From Calcarisporiella thermophila CBS 279.70 (Eukaryota > Fungi > Calcarisporiellomycota): a stretch of 64,000 nucleotides of DNA. This document shows, one piece after another, positions 38,938 through 51,858 of this stretch. The stretch's first letter is position 1. Each line of letters starts with the position of its first letter. Below the pieces are notes generated by a model. That model was not told the origin of the DNA, ran no database searches, and saw nothing but the letters and a program-made list of their open reading frames with translations. A program made the position numbers and the translations under genes. Where the stretch lies: the NCBI RefSeq assembly GCF_041956535.1, contig NW_027192205.1, positions 600,870 to 664,869 of the forward strand, in the 5' to 3' direction.

Positions 38938-39009
38938 TAGCGACGAAAGGTTTCGATCCTTTGACCTTCAGGTTATGAGCCTGACGAACTTCCACTGTTC
39001 CACGTCGCT
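38938..39009 (-). tRNA. tRNA-iMet(CAT), initiator
   Basis: AGCGACGTGGAACAGTGGAAGTTCGTCAGGCTCATAACCTGAAGGTCAAAGGATCGAAACCTTTCGTCGCTA: A1:U72 pair, CAT anticodon, initiator-type T-loop GATCGAAA. Confidence 0.95.
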
Positions 39010-39084
39010 TCAACATGAATATCGTAATTCGAGTCACATATCAAGCCAACTCTAAGATTCAAACTCCGACGCCAATTAAAAACT

Positions 39085-39770
39085 GGTTTTCTGTGGAGGT
39101 GGTTTATCAGGCTCCAACAAAAGATCCTCGATAAGCCCTGGACAAGCATGCATAAGTACGAGAAACTCTTCGAATTCCACGAGGAGACGCGGGGCAAAGT
39201 TCAACAAGTCTCCATGTGGTTACACGACATCATGGTGTGGAGTATACATAAGACCAGGATTGCAATTGTAATGGACAACCAAGACCACGAGGACATCGCA
39301 TTCAAGTGTATCCTTTTATCAGATCTTATCATAGCAATCAAAGGACAATGGATACAGGCACAGAGGAAAAAAGACGAAGAAGGGCTCAAGCAAAAATGGG
39401 GATAGAGCTCGCTAATCCAGATCGATGACAGCCAAGAAGTAGCCTTCGTTTTCGAGGAAGCCAAGAACACCTAATCTATCAAATTCCTTTACTAACAAAA
39501 AAGGATACTTCTTAATAAAAATCCTCCAAAAATAAAAAATACTATATTCCATGGGCAAACTAGCCTATCCTGCCCTCACCAGATTCTGGATTTTTCAAAT
39601 ATTACTGTTTCTTAATTCTCCTGTAACTCCCTCCAGTATTGGGTTATATCCTGCACAAAGACACTCGTTCTGTGATTTTATTTTTCAAGATTGCATATAT
39701 ACTCTGTTAAAGAGGTTTTAAATTTCACATAAATTCTGGCTAGGAGTACTAGCTAGGTGGTTTTGACGTA
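39085..39770 (+). mobile_element. 5'-truncated non-LTR (L1/Tx1-like) element, copy 1, upstream of tRNA-iMet
   Basis: Frame LWRWFIRLQQKIL...WLHDIMVWSIHKTRIAIVMDNQ...KWG*SSLIQIDDSQEVAFVFEEAKNT* resembles the W-x-I-W-K-x-R-N C-terminus of L1-clade ORF2. Premature TAG at 39403; terminal stop 39472-39474; then the shared 3' tail motif. Homologous to 63066-63272. The 5' boundary is inferred. Confidence 0.75.
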
Positions 39771-39865
39771 CTAATTATATATGATATTTCAGTCTATTCA
39801 AGAAATTTCACAGAACATTTGAAGCATCTTTGCGAAGTCATTGTCAAAATGTGAGCGAGCTATTT

Positions 39866-40310
39866 CCCGAGTAAATTTGAATATCATCAATAAATACTAC
39901 CACGTGTTTCCACAGTATTCCATCTAGTATTCTTCTCATGAGTCGCTGGAAGATGACCGCCTCGTTGGTGAATCCAATAACATTACATTAAATTGGTAGC
40001 CACTCTGTCTCGTGATAAAAACCGTTATGGTTTATCCTCGTCCTTCATGGCTACTTCTCAGTAACCGCTATCAGTGTATAGCACCAAAAAATCGTGAAAC
40101 CATTTTGTGAGTGCTGATACTAAGAATCTCACATGGGCGTCCGTAGTTAATCAGCATATCTTGATACAGGAAGTTAGCGATGGTTTCTTTAATTGCTTCA
40201 AGTTAGTAATTTTACGCGCCTTAAATGGGGAGGTTTCATTGCCTTAACATAATCTTGAGTTAGTGCTATCTAATAAGCGTAGCCAAATGCATCCATTTCC
40301 GTTTCGTGAA
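39866..40310 (-). mobile_element. Degenerate Ty3/gypsy pol relic (integrase fragment followed by RT fragment)
   Basis: With frameshifts and stops: SGY*EVAMKDEDKP/TVFITRQSGYQFNVML/GFTNEAVIFQRLMRRILDGILWKHVVVFIDDIQIYS (gypsy RT, FIDD at 39883-39894). Upstream, ETIANFLYQDMLINYGRPCEILS is integrase-core-like. Confidence 0.8.
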
Positions 40311-40959
40311 ATGAACATGAGTATTGAATAGTATGGCACTGATGGTTATTAGAAGGTCGAACTGGAATAAGGCAATCTTGTTGTAAATTGGAACCTCTAT
40401 TTATTATACAAGATGGTACTATGGCATATTCAAAGGTACCATTTCTGTTTGTGCATGGTATTTGTCAAATATGGACATCAAGCATATGTTCGAGTGCTCA
40501 AGATGAAGAAAGACGAAAACTGAATACAAACAAATGGATAGCATCCGAAGAAGTAACATAAAGTAACGAATTGGCTAAGATCGAATAGCTATAAAATATT
40601 TAACGTTTATTTACAGATTTGCTTATATTAGGTCTACGAATTCTCCTTCTCTTTTCGACCTTTTGATGCCCACAGTTAGTATTCCCTTTCCCTTTGTTTT
40701 ACTACGACCTTCATTATTTTCTTTTTACTTAAAAATAACTTAGTATTCACTATTTTACACTGATCATCTATTTCACTTAGCCATTGCTCTCCTTTTTTAT
40801 ATTTTTATTCCATTGTTTGCTAATGTATTTAATGTGTATCATCATGATTTTTATTTTCAGTAATTTATACTTTAATGTTATAAAAAAAAATAAATTATAT
40901 TTAAAAATAGTCATTCAGCTATCTAGAATTTTGTTAAAGATAAAAAATCAAAAGTCAAT

Positions 40960-41032
40960 CGCCCATGGCAGGACTCGAACCTGCAACCTTTAGATCCGAA
41001 GTCTAACGCGCTATCCATTGCGCCACATGAGC
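40960..41032 (-). tRNA. tRNA-Arg(TCG)
   Basis: GCTCATGTGGCGCAATGGATAGCGCGTTAGACTTCGGATCTAAAGGTTGCAGGTTCGAGTCCTGCCATGGGCG; full cloverleaf, T-runs downstream. Confidence 0.95.
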
Positions 41033-41238
41033 TTACATTTTTGGATGTAATAAAAAATAAATATATAGCAAAATTTAAAAAAACTTATATTGTTTTTTAT
41101 TGTCAGAATACAAAAATGAAATAATTTTATTAATTACACATAATATTCAATACTCATATTAATGTTTAAACTTAAAATTCTTTATTTTTTTTGTTTTTTC
41201 ACGACTATAATTAATCTAATCTCTCCAATCGGTGTAGA

Positions 41239-41312
41239 GTTTTCGTGGTGTAGTTGGTTATCACGTACGCCTCACACGCGTAAGGTCTCCGGTTCGAACC
41301 CGGACGAAAACA
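41239..41312 (+). tRNA. tRNA-Val(CAC)
   Basis: GTTTTCGTGGTGTAGTTGGTTATCACGTACGCCTCACACGCGTAAGGTCTCCGGTTCGAACCCGGACGAAAACA followed by a T7 terminator. Confidence 0.95.
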
Positions 41313-41468
41313 TTTTTTTACTCTTTAAACCATTGACAAATATTTTTTATTACAAAAATATTTATATTCTTATATTAATTAATTCATCGATTTATATCCA
41401 ATATAAACAAATCGAAGTCCTTAAGAGGAATATATATATTATGATTGTCAATTTATAATTCTCTCCAA

Positions 41469-43722
41469 CTAGTGGTGGAACAAGCGGAGGTTCGTCATAC
41501 AATAAACAATGCCATATCCGTTCGCGGCTTGAATGACCTGTTCGTCTTGAATGCTACCGCTAGGTGCTGCGATATAGGATACTCCACTTTGACGTGCACG
41601 GTGCACATTATCTGGGAACGGGAAGAAAGCATCAGATGACAGAGAAACGCCACTTAATTGATCCAAATGCGCACGGCGCTCCTCTGCGGAGAGAGGTTCT
41701 GGCACAGTATTAAACATTGATGCCCAAGCTTCATATTCTGCGCCTTTGCCGATTTTGTCGAGGATATAAAGATCGATTGCGTTTGATTTATCAGCACGCT
41801 TTGCTTCTTTTTTGAAGTCGAAGTTGAGAATCTTTGGATGATGACGAAGCCACCTATTAAAATAGAGTAGCCAACATAAAATTGAGAGCAACGATCCTGT
41901 TTATCCGTATGAAATTACCAGTTATCTGCCTTGTCACCTGCGAGGCGGGTGCAGTGAATACGTGACTGCTGGCCGGCTCCCAAACCGATTACCATTCCGT
42001 TTTTGGCGTAGCACACGGAATTCGACTGCGTATATTTGAGAGCAATGGTTGCCACTACTAAATCGATGACTGCATTTTTCGGCAGGTCCTTATTGCTACT
42101 GACAATGTTTTGGAAGAGCGAGTCATCTATCTTGGCATCATTTCGTTTCTGCTCAAGGTACAGGCCATAGACTTGTCGCTTTTCCATTTCCTCGGGGACA
42201 TAGGCTGGGTCCATCTTAAGCACAGTGTATTTACCAGCCTTCTTCTTTGAAAGAATCTCAAGCGCCGCGGGTTCGAAATCAGGAGCAATCACTCCGTCAG
42301 AGACTTCACGGGAAATAATCTTGGCGGTGAGAACATCGACTTTGTCACTTAGGGCAATCCAGTCACCGAATGAGGACATGCGATCAGCACCTAGAGATAT
42401 TGAGGAGTTGTTAAAATCGATCTCGTTACGAGATTTCTACAGCATTGGTGTTTTTGGCCACCTACCACGAGCACGAGCATATGCACAAGCCAATGGTGTA
42501 AGCTCTGGCAAATCGTCGACAAAATACACTTTTTTCTCTACATCACTCAATGGCAATCCAACAGCAGCACCTGCGGGGGATACATGTTTGAAGGAGGCAG
42601 CAGCAGGAAGTCCAGTGGACTCTTTTAGCTCTTTAACAAGTGCCCATGAGTTCAAGGCATCTAATAAATTAATGTATCCCGGAGAGCCCGACATGACTGA
42701 AACAAAAAGCTATTTAGCAAACGTTAAAAAACATTTTAGGAGAAAGTTTACCTTCAATGGGCAAATTCCCATCTTTGACATAAACTTGCGCAGGCTTTTG
42801 ATGAGGATTGGCTCCATAACGCAGGGTCAATTGAGAAGTCCCAGCAGCATATTGCTGGCGGAAATACCCAGAGATAGCATCATCGTAATCGGCCGTGTGG
42901 TTGAAGGCCTAAGTATCCGTTAATATAAAACGTCCAGAGGTGTTTCGGAATTATAGAGGATATCTCACTTTAAGAGCAAACAATTTACGGGTAGTATCCG
43001 AAACTCCACCCGATTTCAACTCCTGTACAAACTGGGCATAGTCCGATGGATCCGAGAGAATTGTCACTCGGTCATGGTTTTTTGCAGCGGCGCGTAGAAG
43101 TGTCACACCACCTTGAAGCGAATAAAATTATCAGCAATATTCGTAATAATAATTAAGAACACCTACCTATATCGATCTCTTCTACAGCTTCTGGGACTGT
43201 TACTCCTGGTTTTGCAATAGTTTCCTTGAAAGGATATAGGTTGCACACAACAAAGTCTATCTTAGCAATTCCCTGCGTAGCAAGGTCCTTTTCATCACTA
43301 GGTATATTACGTGCAAGGATACCACCATGCACGGCAGGGTGTAGGGTCTTAACACGGCCACCGAGAATTTCAGGGGCTTTGGTGATATCAGAAACATCAC
43401 TAAGTATACGTGTATAAAATGATTTAGAAAAAAGTAACATATCAACTTAGGGGTGCATTTACCCAATTGGAATTCCTGCCTCACGAATCATACGTGCAGT
43501 ACCTCCAGAGCCCAAAAGACGCACATTTTGACCATGGAGCTCCCTGGCAAGTTCAAGAAGACCAGTTTTATTGTAAACCGAGAGGATGGCTAAAAAACAC
43601 GAAGATATTAAGACATTAGGAATCCATCTTAGGAGTATGTATAATATATGCAAAAATAATGTAAGCTATTATTAAAAACTAAAAGAATATGGAAATTATG
43701 TACCAATTTTTTGGTCCGACAT
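41469..43722 (-). CDS. ADE17: Bifunctional AICAR transformylase / IMP cyclohydrolase (PurH/ATIC, ADE16/17)
   Basis: [17 protein letters not shown]; [16 protein letters not shown]; EEIDIGG; AAAKNH; LRYGANPHQ; [11 protein letters not shown]; YTQSNSV; [15 protein letters not shown]; [11 protein letters not shown]; LFHH*. About eight introns. Confidence 0.97.
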
Positions 43723-43897
43723 GACAAAAACGCAATTGCTTTGAAAAAATTCAGAAGATGCTTGAGCTTGTCAAACTGTTTGGATTTTCTAAAATGAAAA
43801 AAAAATTTCCCCGAGATTACTGAGGTAAGCCACGGATGTTGGCAGTCACTCAATACTTTTGTTACTTTTTGTGGAGAGAAAGTCTGACAAGAAATTA

Positions 43898-46800
43898 ATG
43901 ACGAGTGCGACGGCTCGCTCACCTGTCTCCTTATGGAGGCAATCGCGTCAACAGCATCCCGAAGTTCGTGCGTATACGCGTACTGTACTCCATAACCCGG
44001 TAATCCGTCAGGTAGCCTTGTGCGCCTTAAGATCTCCAGTGGCAAAAGATGTAATTTTCTCAAAGGTATTTAGCACTATCCATTTATCTAATAGAAAATG
44101 TTTTCTAACTTTGTTAATTAATAATACTTTATTTTAACAAGGAAACCTCTTTAGAGCTCTTAGAACTTCAGGAAAACTTCACGCTCAGTTCTCTGCTAGA
44201 GCAGCCTACCTTTGGTATTGTCAAAGATATGCGTGTACTGCATTGCTTCTTCAATGACGACAGGGTAGCTGGCGAACTTTCTCAGAAATGTACCACTATT
44301 CCTGGTGAAGATGTACTCGTTTTTCTATCCGACTCTGGCATGCTCTCATTTGTAACTTGGAAACCGCCAGAAGATGGAAATAAGGGTCGTTTTATTGCGG
44401 CTGCGCAGGTATCATCGTAATATTGGTCAGCCACCATAATATGAAGTACCTTAATAATCCAAATATCTTGTATTCATATTACCAGCATCCTATTTCTCGA
44501 CCTGGCTTTCACTTCAAGGATACTCAGCGACTGCTATGCATTGACCCTTTGTAAGCGATTAACACTTCTAGTTTCTTAAAGTTTCCATATTAATAAGATA
44601 CCTTACTTGGTCCTAGATCAAGAGTCATTGCCGCAGCCCCTTTTCAAGATTCTGTTACTATAATTACTCTAAACACACTAACTCGAGAGAACTTTGATCC
44701 CGTCAAAGAAGTAAAACAAATTTTATGAAAATTAAAAAACCTTTAACTAATCCCTTTCCATCTTATTAGGTAAAACATATTGCTTTCGAGGGAGTTGTCC
44801 TCGATATGGCATTCCTTTTTCCTTCTGATGGCCAAGAAGAATTCGCATACCTCGTAATGGCTTTTGCAGGGTGAGTGCAATAGATTCTATGGTATCTATG
44901 TTTTAGAAAGTGCTGACCCGTTTTTTATAGTGATGTGGATAAATCAATGAATATCAGCATATATCAAATAGCAACCAGCAAAATCCTGGAGCATTCAAAT
45001 TTATATGCTAATATGACACTGTACCATGGTACTACTTATTCTTTAGTTTTTAATACCCCGATGTAATTTGAATTATTTTATGTCAGGTGGCCCGATTTTA
45101 TTGCGCGTTATTGCAATTCCAGAATACCCGGAAAACTTCTTAGTGTTTTCAGTTAGTTAACCTATATCATTTAGAGGTTTTTTTTTGTTCCATTTAGCAT
45201 TTAAATTCCTTAGGAAACTGAAGCAATGCTACTTCGCGTCTCACAAGTGGTTTCAGCAGTAACCGATTATCCACGGTGTGTCGTTCTTTCCTCTGATAAC
45301 GATGGTAAGCAGACATATTCAAAGCTTATGCAGTAGTTCTCTAATGTTTTTTCATTTTTATAGCTATATTAACAGCGTTTACTTCAATCCAATCTTCTAA
45401 CGGCTCACAATATCTCTATGCAAGCAGCGATGAAGGCACAATATTCAAAATCAGCCCCTCGTTGGACTGTGGAATACAAGTTTGTCGGGTAGATGACATA
45501 TTTCCCGTTGGGCCTACAATGGCTTTACTCTCCTCTTCAGAAGAGTTCGGCGATATACTAGCTGTTACAGGAGAAATGTGTGACGGAGCTGTTATATCGG
45601 TTGGTCCATTATATTTGCCTCACTTAGTCAAGGTTTAATGTAATTTACAAAATGTTTGGTTTATGCTAGGTACTTGGTAGCCAGAAAATTTCCCAACTTC
45701 AAACTATAGCAAACTGGTCCCCAGTTGTTGATTTTCGTCTTGTCGATACTTACCACTCCAAATTCAATACCGCCTATTTGTGTAGTGGTCGGGGACGGTA
45801 CGGAGCCATACGAGAAGTGCGATTTGGGATTGGAATTGAGACAACAGCTACCACTGCAGCGGAGTTTAATGGGTAGGCTAATTTTTGCTGCAATATGCTT
45901 TGATATTTCAACTTATTTTGGGCTGATAGGATTACCGGTATATGGAATTTAAAAAATCGACCAGAAGACAGCAACGATACCTTTTTGGTGCTTTCATTTG
46001 TACGAGAGACGAGACTCATGGATTTAGGAAGTAGGTCAATTCGAATTTTAATGCAACAGATATGTGCTGAGCATATTTCTTGCTTTTCTTTACAGCTGGT
46101 GAACTGGAAGACATTACAGATACCAGTGGCTTCGACATGAACATGAGCACGATCTATGCCTCGACACTCCCTGAAGCTCCGGGGTATCTGATGCAAGTAC
46201 ATAATGATGCGATTGTTATTACGCAACCAAGACGGAAGGAAAATTTAGATGATATCAAAGAGCAAGAAGTGATCCGTTGGACTCCGCCATTTGAGTGGAA
46301 TATCGTGCTCGCCACAAGCGGCGGTATGAGAGTTTTCCTGTGTCTAGCTAAGGGATATAAAAATACTCTTTGCATATATACAGTGACTTTAGATGGTCAT
46401 AGGTTCGAATAATTGTGTGTTACTTACCAATAAGGCTGGCGATATTAACAATTCTCGTTTTCTGATAATTAAGAGAAGCACTTTCTCTGGAGGTGTCTAA
46501 GAAATTGCAAGATGAACCTAGCTGTATTTCCTGGTGCCCCTCAGAGTAATCCTTCTCGTTGCGATTCTTTATTAAGTCCAATCAATTTTCTAACCATGCC
46601 TATTAGCGATGAATTCTATCACACATTCATTCTGCTCGGAAACCACGCCCCCTCAGTTGACATTTTCGCGTTGGGGAAAACCGGATATTTGACGCCTCAC
46701 AAAAGAATAGTTTTAAGTATATACCTCATGGCTTAGAGTAACTCTGATGATTTGGTTATTTATCCTTGGTAAAATAGACGATTATGCACTCAGACTCATC

Positions 46801-48955
46801 AATGTTCCCCACTCTGTATTTTTAACTTGCCGTGACGATCATCGCCAGTCATATCTTGTTATTGGTCTCCGTGAAGGGAGCGTAGTTTACTTTGATGTGG
46901 ATTGGGAAGAATATGGCATGCCTACATATACAAACCCGGTCATACGTCGCGTAGGAACTCTACCTGTACGTCTAATACCCGGAGAGAGAGGAGAGTTTTT
47001 AGCGCTGTCAGACCTGGAATGGAAAGTCTCATTGGGTTGGACTAGTCTTGAGTTTTCAAGAATTTTACTTGATAACCCACAGCAGGTAAGTACTCTTTTG
47101 AAAATTACATTAATTTTATTTATTTAATCCTGGTGTTAATCCTGAATAGATAACGATGGCTACCCCCTTCTCTTACAATGATTCCATCTCCACCTATATG
47201 ATTATTACCGATGATGGCCGTCTTCACTTTGCCTCTCTTCGCGAGCGACCTCGATATAAGATGCGGACCATTCCATTGAACGAAATGCCCAGACGTCTAG
47301 TGTATGATGAGAAAAGTGGAAATCTGGTAGTAGCGTGCTTGGGTCGCGAGGCAATGATAAAAGTGGTTGATCCGAAAAGGTAGACGATGAAATAATCCAT
47401 TTGTAAAGTAGAGGTGTGCTGACTTTTACTCTGACTGCAGAGGAAAAATCTTGCACGAAAAGAATTTATTTGAAGAGGAGATATATTGCATGATAGGTAG
47501 GCAATAGTTTATCCTCCCTTATTTGACTCGTAGATAGTTGCTTCAACTACAATGCTTTTTAGGGTGGAAGTTAAAATCCGACCACGGCTGCAAAGAGATT
47601 ATTGTCGTTGGAACAGGAGTACGCACATTTTTTGATTTCAATGTTCCGCCGTCGCTGGGACTCTGCCATTTATTCGAATTGGAGGTACTTCACTTTTATT
47701 CACTTATAATTTCTCCCTGCTAATTGTTGTTCATTAGGAAAATGAACAAAAAGAAGTGCGACTTACCGAGATCTGTCACAATGATTTTCATGAGGGAGCG
47801 GTCCATGCAGTGTGTCCCCTAATGGATGACTATCTTCTCATATCGTCCGGGAAAATATTGAATATTTATCAGTTTAATTTTGAAAACAATACGTAAGCAT
47901 ATTTATTTGTTGTTCGATCTTTGCCAAGGGCAACTCAATTCTGCCACTTTACTAGTCTCACGCTTATCCACCGTAAGATTCTTCGTTGTCTCATCACAAG
48001 CTTGAGTACATATGGCAATCGGATCTGCGTCGGCACACAAAAGGATTCCCTCTTGCTTTTTTCATTTAGTTCTACTCCAGTGGCACCTTCTTCCGCCCAT
48101 GCTGCTAATATTACTCCTACCTCGACTACAACCCTCACATTTCTTAAGAGCGAGGCCAATTCACGCATGATTGACGATAGTCTGATGCTTTCAGATAGCC
48201 TTGTAATAGCCTCTGATAAGATGGGCGGAGTATTTGGGATGGGATGTCCGGTGGATGGCAGGCGAGAGCGAGGAGATGATGAAAGTAGGGAAAGGACAAC
48301 TAATAGTGGATGGAATGGGGGCGGAGTAAGTAAGAGTGTAGGCCCGTATTTTAGTGTTGGACGTGGTGAAGTCGTCCCTCGGTTTCGCGTAGGTTCACTG
48401 GTATTTCCGCATTGGAACAATACTATGAGATTAGATCTGGGTGAAGATGATTATGAGAAGGCGAGGAAGGAAATCACCTTAAGTTGGCATCAAGGATGGG
48501 ATGGAAAGGGAGAAAAGGAGGGTGGTAAAGTAGACGACCAAGGGGAGAGTGTTGTCGGATGCACCGTGTTAGGAGGATTACAAGTATGGCTCCGTCTTAA
48601 CCAACACGCATACGAAATACTAGTGCTTTTGCAGCGCGCCCTGGAGCGCCATTCAGGGACCAGCTTACTTCTGTCCAATCAACATTCGCGCCCGGCGCGC
48701 CACTCGTTTTCCCACGCTATAAATGGCGACTTCGTGACCTCGTTCTTATATCTTTCAGCCAGAGAGCAAGAGGAGGTCCTACTGAGATATCCGGACTTGG
48801 TAGCAAGGGTAGTCGAACCGGATGCTTGGGGCTTGTTATTGGGAAACGAAAATCGAGATATCCTGTTTGGGATAAGCGAGGTTGGGAGGAGAGTAAGAGC
48901 CATAGCCAAAGGGTTATGTGCACTGCTAGAGAAACTAGAAGGGAAATGTGTATAG
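43898..48955 (+). CDS. DDB1/Rse1/CPSF-A family triple beta-propeller, Mms1-like; intron-rich
   Basis: KETSLEL..EQPTFGIVKDM; DVLVFLSDSGMLSF; CIDP.SRVIA; IANWSPVVDF; CSGRGRYGAIREVRFG; GITGIWNL; LVIGLREG; IPLNEMPRRLVY; AINGDFVTSFL. Roughly 20 short introns. Confidence 0.85.
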
Positions 48956-49722
48956 ATAAAATTATACCGTCATATTGAAACGGATTTTCTTTGTAATGCA
49001 CTATTTTATTAAAAGATTGCTGGAAATCTAAAAGGTAAAGACGTATAGGTCATCGTACATAAAGTGCTGCTGTATTTACAACAAGATAATTGAGAATATC
49101 TCAACGATAAACAATCTGGCTTTTCGCGTGAGGCTCTCCTAGGGATGAATACTACTCGCAGTAATGAGCAAAAGAATTGAATCTTCAAACATATTGCACT
49201 TATTGATCTCTCCACTTACCGCATGTGTAACTTCTATTGTCGGTTTACCTGGACAACTAATATCGAGGATATTTCATATGTTTCAGTTAAATTCTATTAA
49301 CAATTAGTTTGCAATTATGCCTTACATTCTGAAAAGTCTTGGAAAAGGAGAGCAAACAATCTTGTTTGGAACAAGTTTGCATTGGTATTGAACAATCTCA
49401 GCGAGTCTGCACTCCTCCTTTACATGTTGTTTGGGTGACGGATCAACTTGTGTAGACATGCTGACGAATGACAAGTTTTTTTTCCAAAAGAAAAGTTGAT
49501 GATCGCAGGATTGACGTCAGCATAAAGGGATTTCAATAAGTTAGTCTCTGCTCTCTTGCTCCTCTTTACGCTGAAAGAGAATCAAAAAAAAAATAATTTA
49601 TTCACACACGCATTTTTTCTTGTTCCTTTCTTTCTCTTCTTCTTCTCTCTTCCCTCCTCTATATATACATATATATTAATTTCACTTTATTCAAATCCGC
49701 AGAAAAAAAAATTGTCAAAAAG

Positions 49723-51020
49723 ATGCATTCGCAACTTCAACAATACCTTCAATATCAATCGTCGATCCCGCAGCCATTGCCCACGCAATCACTTGCCTCT
49801 CAGCTCCAGGCTCTTCAATCGGGCGGAGGGAATACAGCTATACCTGCTGGACTCAATGACGCGTTCTTCCATCCCTCTACTCTCCAACAGCATCTTCAGC
49901 CGCCTAATATTTCTCAGCCACAACCTTCTTCACAGCAACAACAGCAGGCCCAGCAACAACAACAGCAGCAACAACAGCAACAACAACAACAACAGCAGCA
50001 GCAGCAGCAACAGCAGCGGTTACTCGAGGAGGAGCGAATCTACCAGCTGGTGTTAGAATTACTCAATCCTCCTGTGCGCGAACATGCTCTGTTGGAGTTG
50101 AGCAAGAAAAGAGAGCAACATCCAGATTTAGCATTGGTGCTCTGGCATTCTTGCGGTAATCTATTGAATTGATCGATGACATTTCCTAATTATGAGCTCA
50201 TTTGTATTTTTTTGTTGTTAGGCATTATGTCTGTTTTACTGCAAGAGATTGTTTCCATCTATCCACTACTCTCACCGCCTAACTTGCAAACCACTGCATC
50301 TAACCGAGTTTGTAATGCTCTGGCCTTGTTGCAGTGCGTGGCAAGTCATAATGACACTCGTACCCTCTTCTTGAACTGTATGTTTGATATTCATTCATTG
50401 GTTTTTCTTGATACATAATGTTTATTATGTTTTTAGCTCATATTCCGCTCTTTCTTTATCCGTTTTTAAACACGACGAGTCGCTCTCGTCCTTTTGAGTA
50501 TCTACGCCTGACAAGTCTTGGTGTAATCGGTGCATTGGTGAAGAATGATGACCCCGAGGTTATCAATTTCCTGTTGAGCACAGAAATTATACCTTTATGT
50601 CTACGCATAATGGAAACTGGGAGCGAGTTATCCAAGACGGTGCGGACCAAAATGCTATGAGTTTCTTATATTGGTACTAATTCTCATGACCCTTTCTAGG
50701 TGGCAATATTCATTGTCCAGAAGATCCTCCTTGATGAAGTTGGCCTCAGTTATATTTGCCAGACTTATGAGCGGTTTTATGCAGTTGCTGCGGTACTCCA
50801 GAACATGGTTGCACAGCTTGTTGAGACCCAAGCCGGTGCTCGCCTCCTTAAACATGTAGTCCGCTGTTATCTGCGGCTTTCGGATAATCCTAGAGCGCGT
50901 GAAGCCCTCCGTGAATGTCTACCAGAACCGTTACGCAACGGGACGTTTGCACCGATGTTGAAGGATGATATCACAACGAAACGATGCCTAGCGCAGCTCC
51001 TGCACAATCTTGCCACATAA
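49723..51020 (+). CDS. CAF40: CCR4-NOT subunit Caf40/Rcd1/CNOT9 with polyQ N-terminus
   Basis: [13 protein letters not shown]; [17 protein letters not shown]; [19 protein letters not shown]; [17 protein letters not shown]; [23 protein letters not shown]. Three introns. Confidence 0.97.
49933..50016 (+). repeat. CAA/CAG polyglutamine tract in CAF40
   Basis: Encodes Q5-A-Q22. Confidence 0.9.
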
Positions 51021-51858
51021 TTGCGTTCCACTAATGGTAATGGGAACAAGAAAAGAAATATCAAAATATATATATTTCGTTTGGAAATTTATTTGGTTTT
51101 TTTTTATTTCGAATTATTTTTTTGGTTGATAAGAGTGGGAATTCGGAGAGAGGAATAGAACTTTTTTTTTTCCCTTTTTTCTTTGTTGTGTTTATTTTCT
51201 TTTTTCTGTATTTTTTTTTCCCTTTTTTATTCTGCTCTTTATTTTCATTTAAATCTCCAGATTATATATTCTCTTTTATATTATAATAGGCAATGTTGTC
51301 TTTTGAGACATTTTTCTTTCTCCCTTGCTTTATCATGTATGTTTAAACTTTCAAGGATCCTCTATGAGTTTTTTTTTTTTTGTGCTCTTTTTTCTTCCTC
51401 TCCTTATAATATTCATATTTTCCACTTTTTTATGGGAGTGTGGATTTTTATTTCATTAGCGTTCTAAAAGTTTTTAAATCCTTCATTATTTCTTCCCAAT
51501 AGGTCACATAAAAGGGTATTTTTGCTTTCATTATTCACATGCTCTTCATGAAATGTAGTTAGACGAGAGCTTGTGAACCAGTCGACAAAGTTCCAGTAAG
51601 AGTAGTGATAGCTTAGGTCTTAACGACCCGTGACTAAAGCTCAACATCCTACGTATACTCTAAATTGTCTACTAGGAAATAGAGTAATTAACAGCCACAA
51701 GTTAAATCGAAAAAATATTCAAAGTTTTGATCAAAAGGAGACAGATTTGATAATTTTTACGGCGCAGCTTCAGCGAAAACATAATAACGAATCGAAAAAA
51801 CTAAAAATTTAGAGTGCTTTTGCCACTCTTGCCCTCAATATTGTATTGCTTATGAAAA

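Noticed and set aside
38473-39009. tRNA head + LINE tail + poly(A) read as a single SINE
   Set aside because: The tRNA is intact, and T4, T6 and T5 Pol III terminators lie between it and the tail. Other tail copies have no such head on the same strand.
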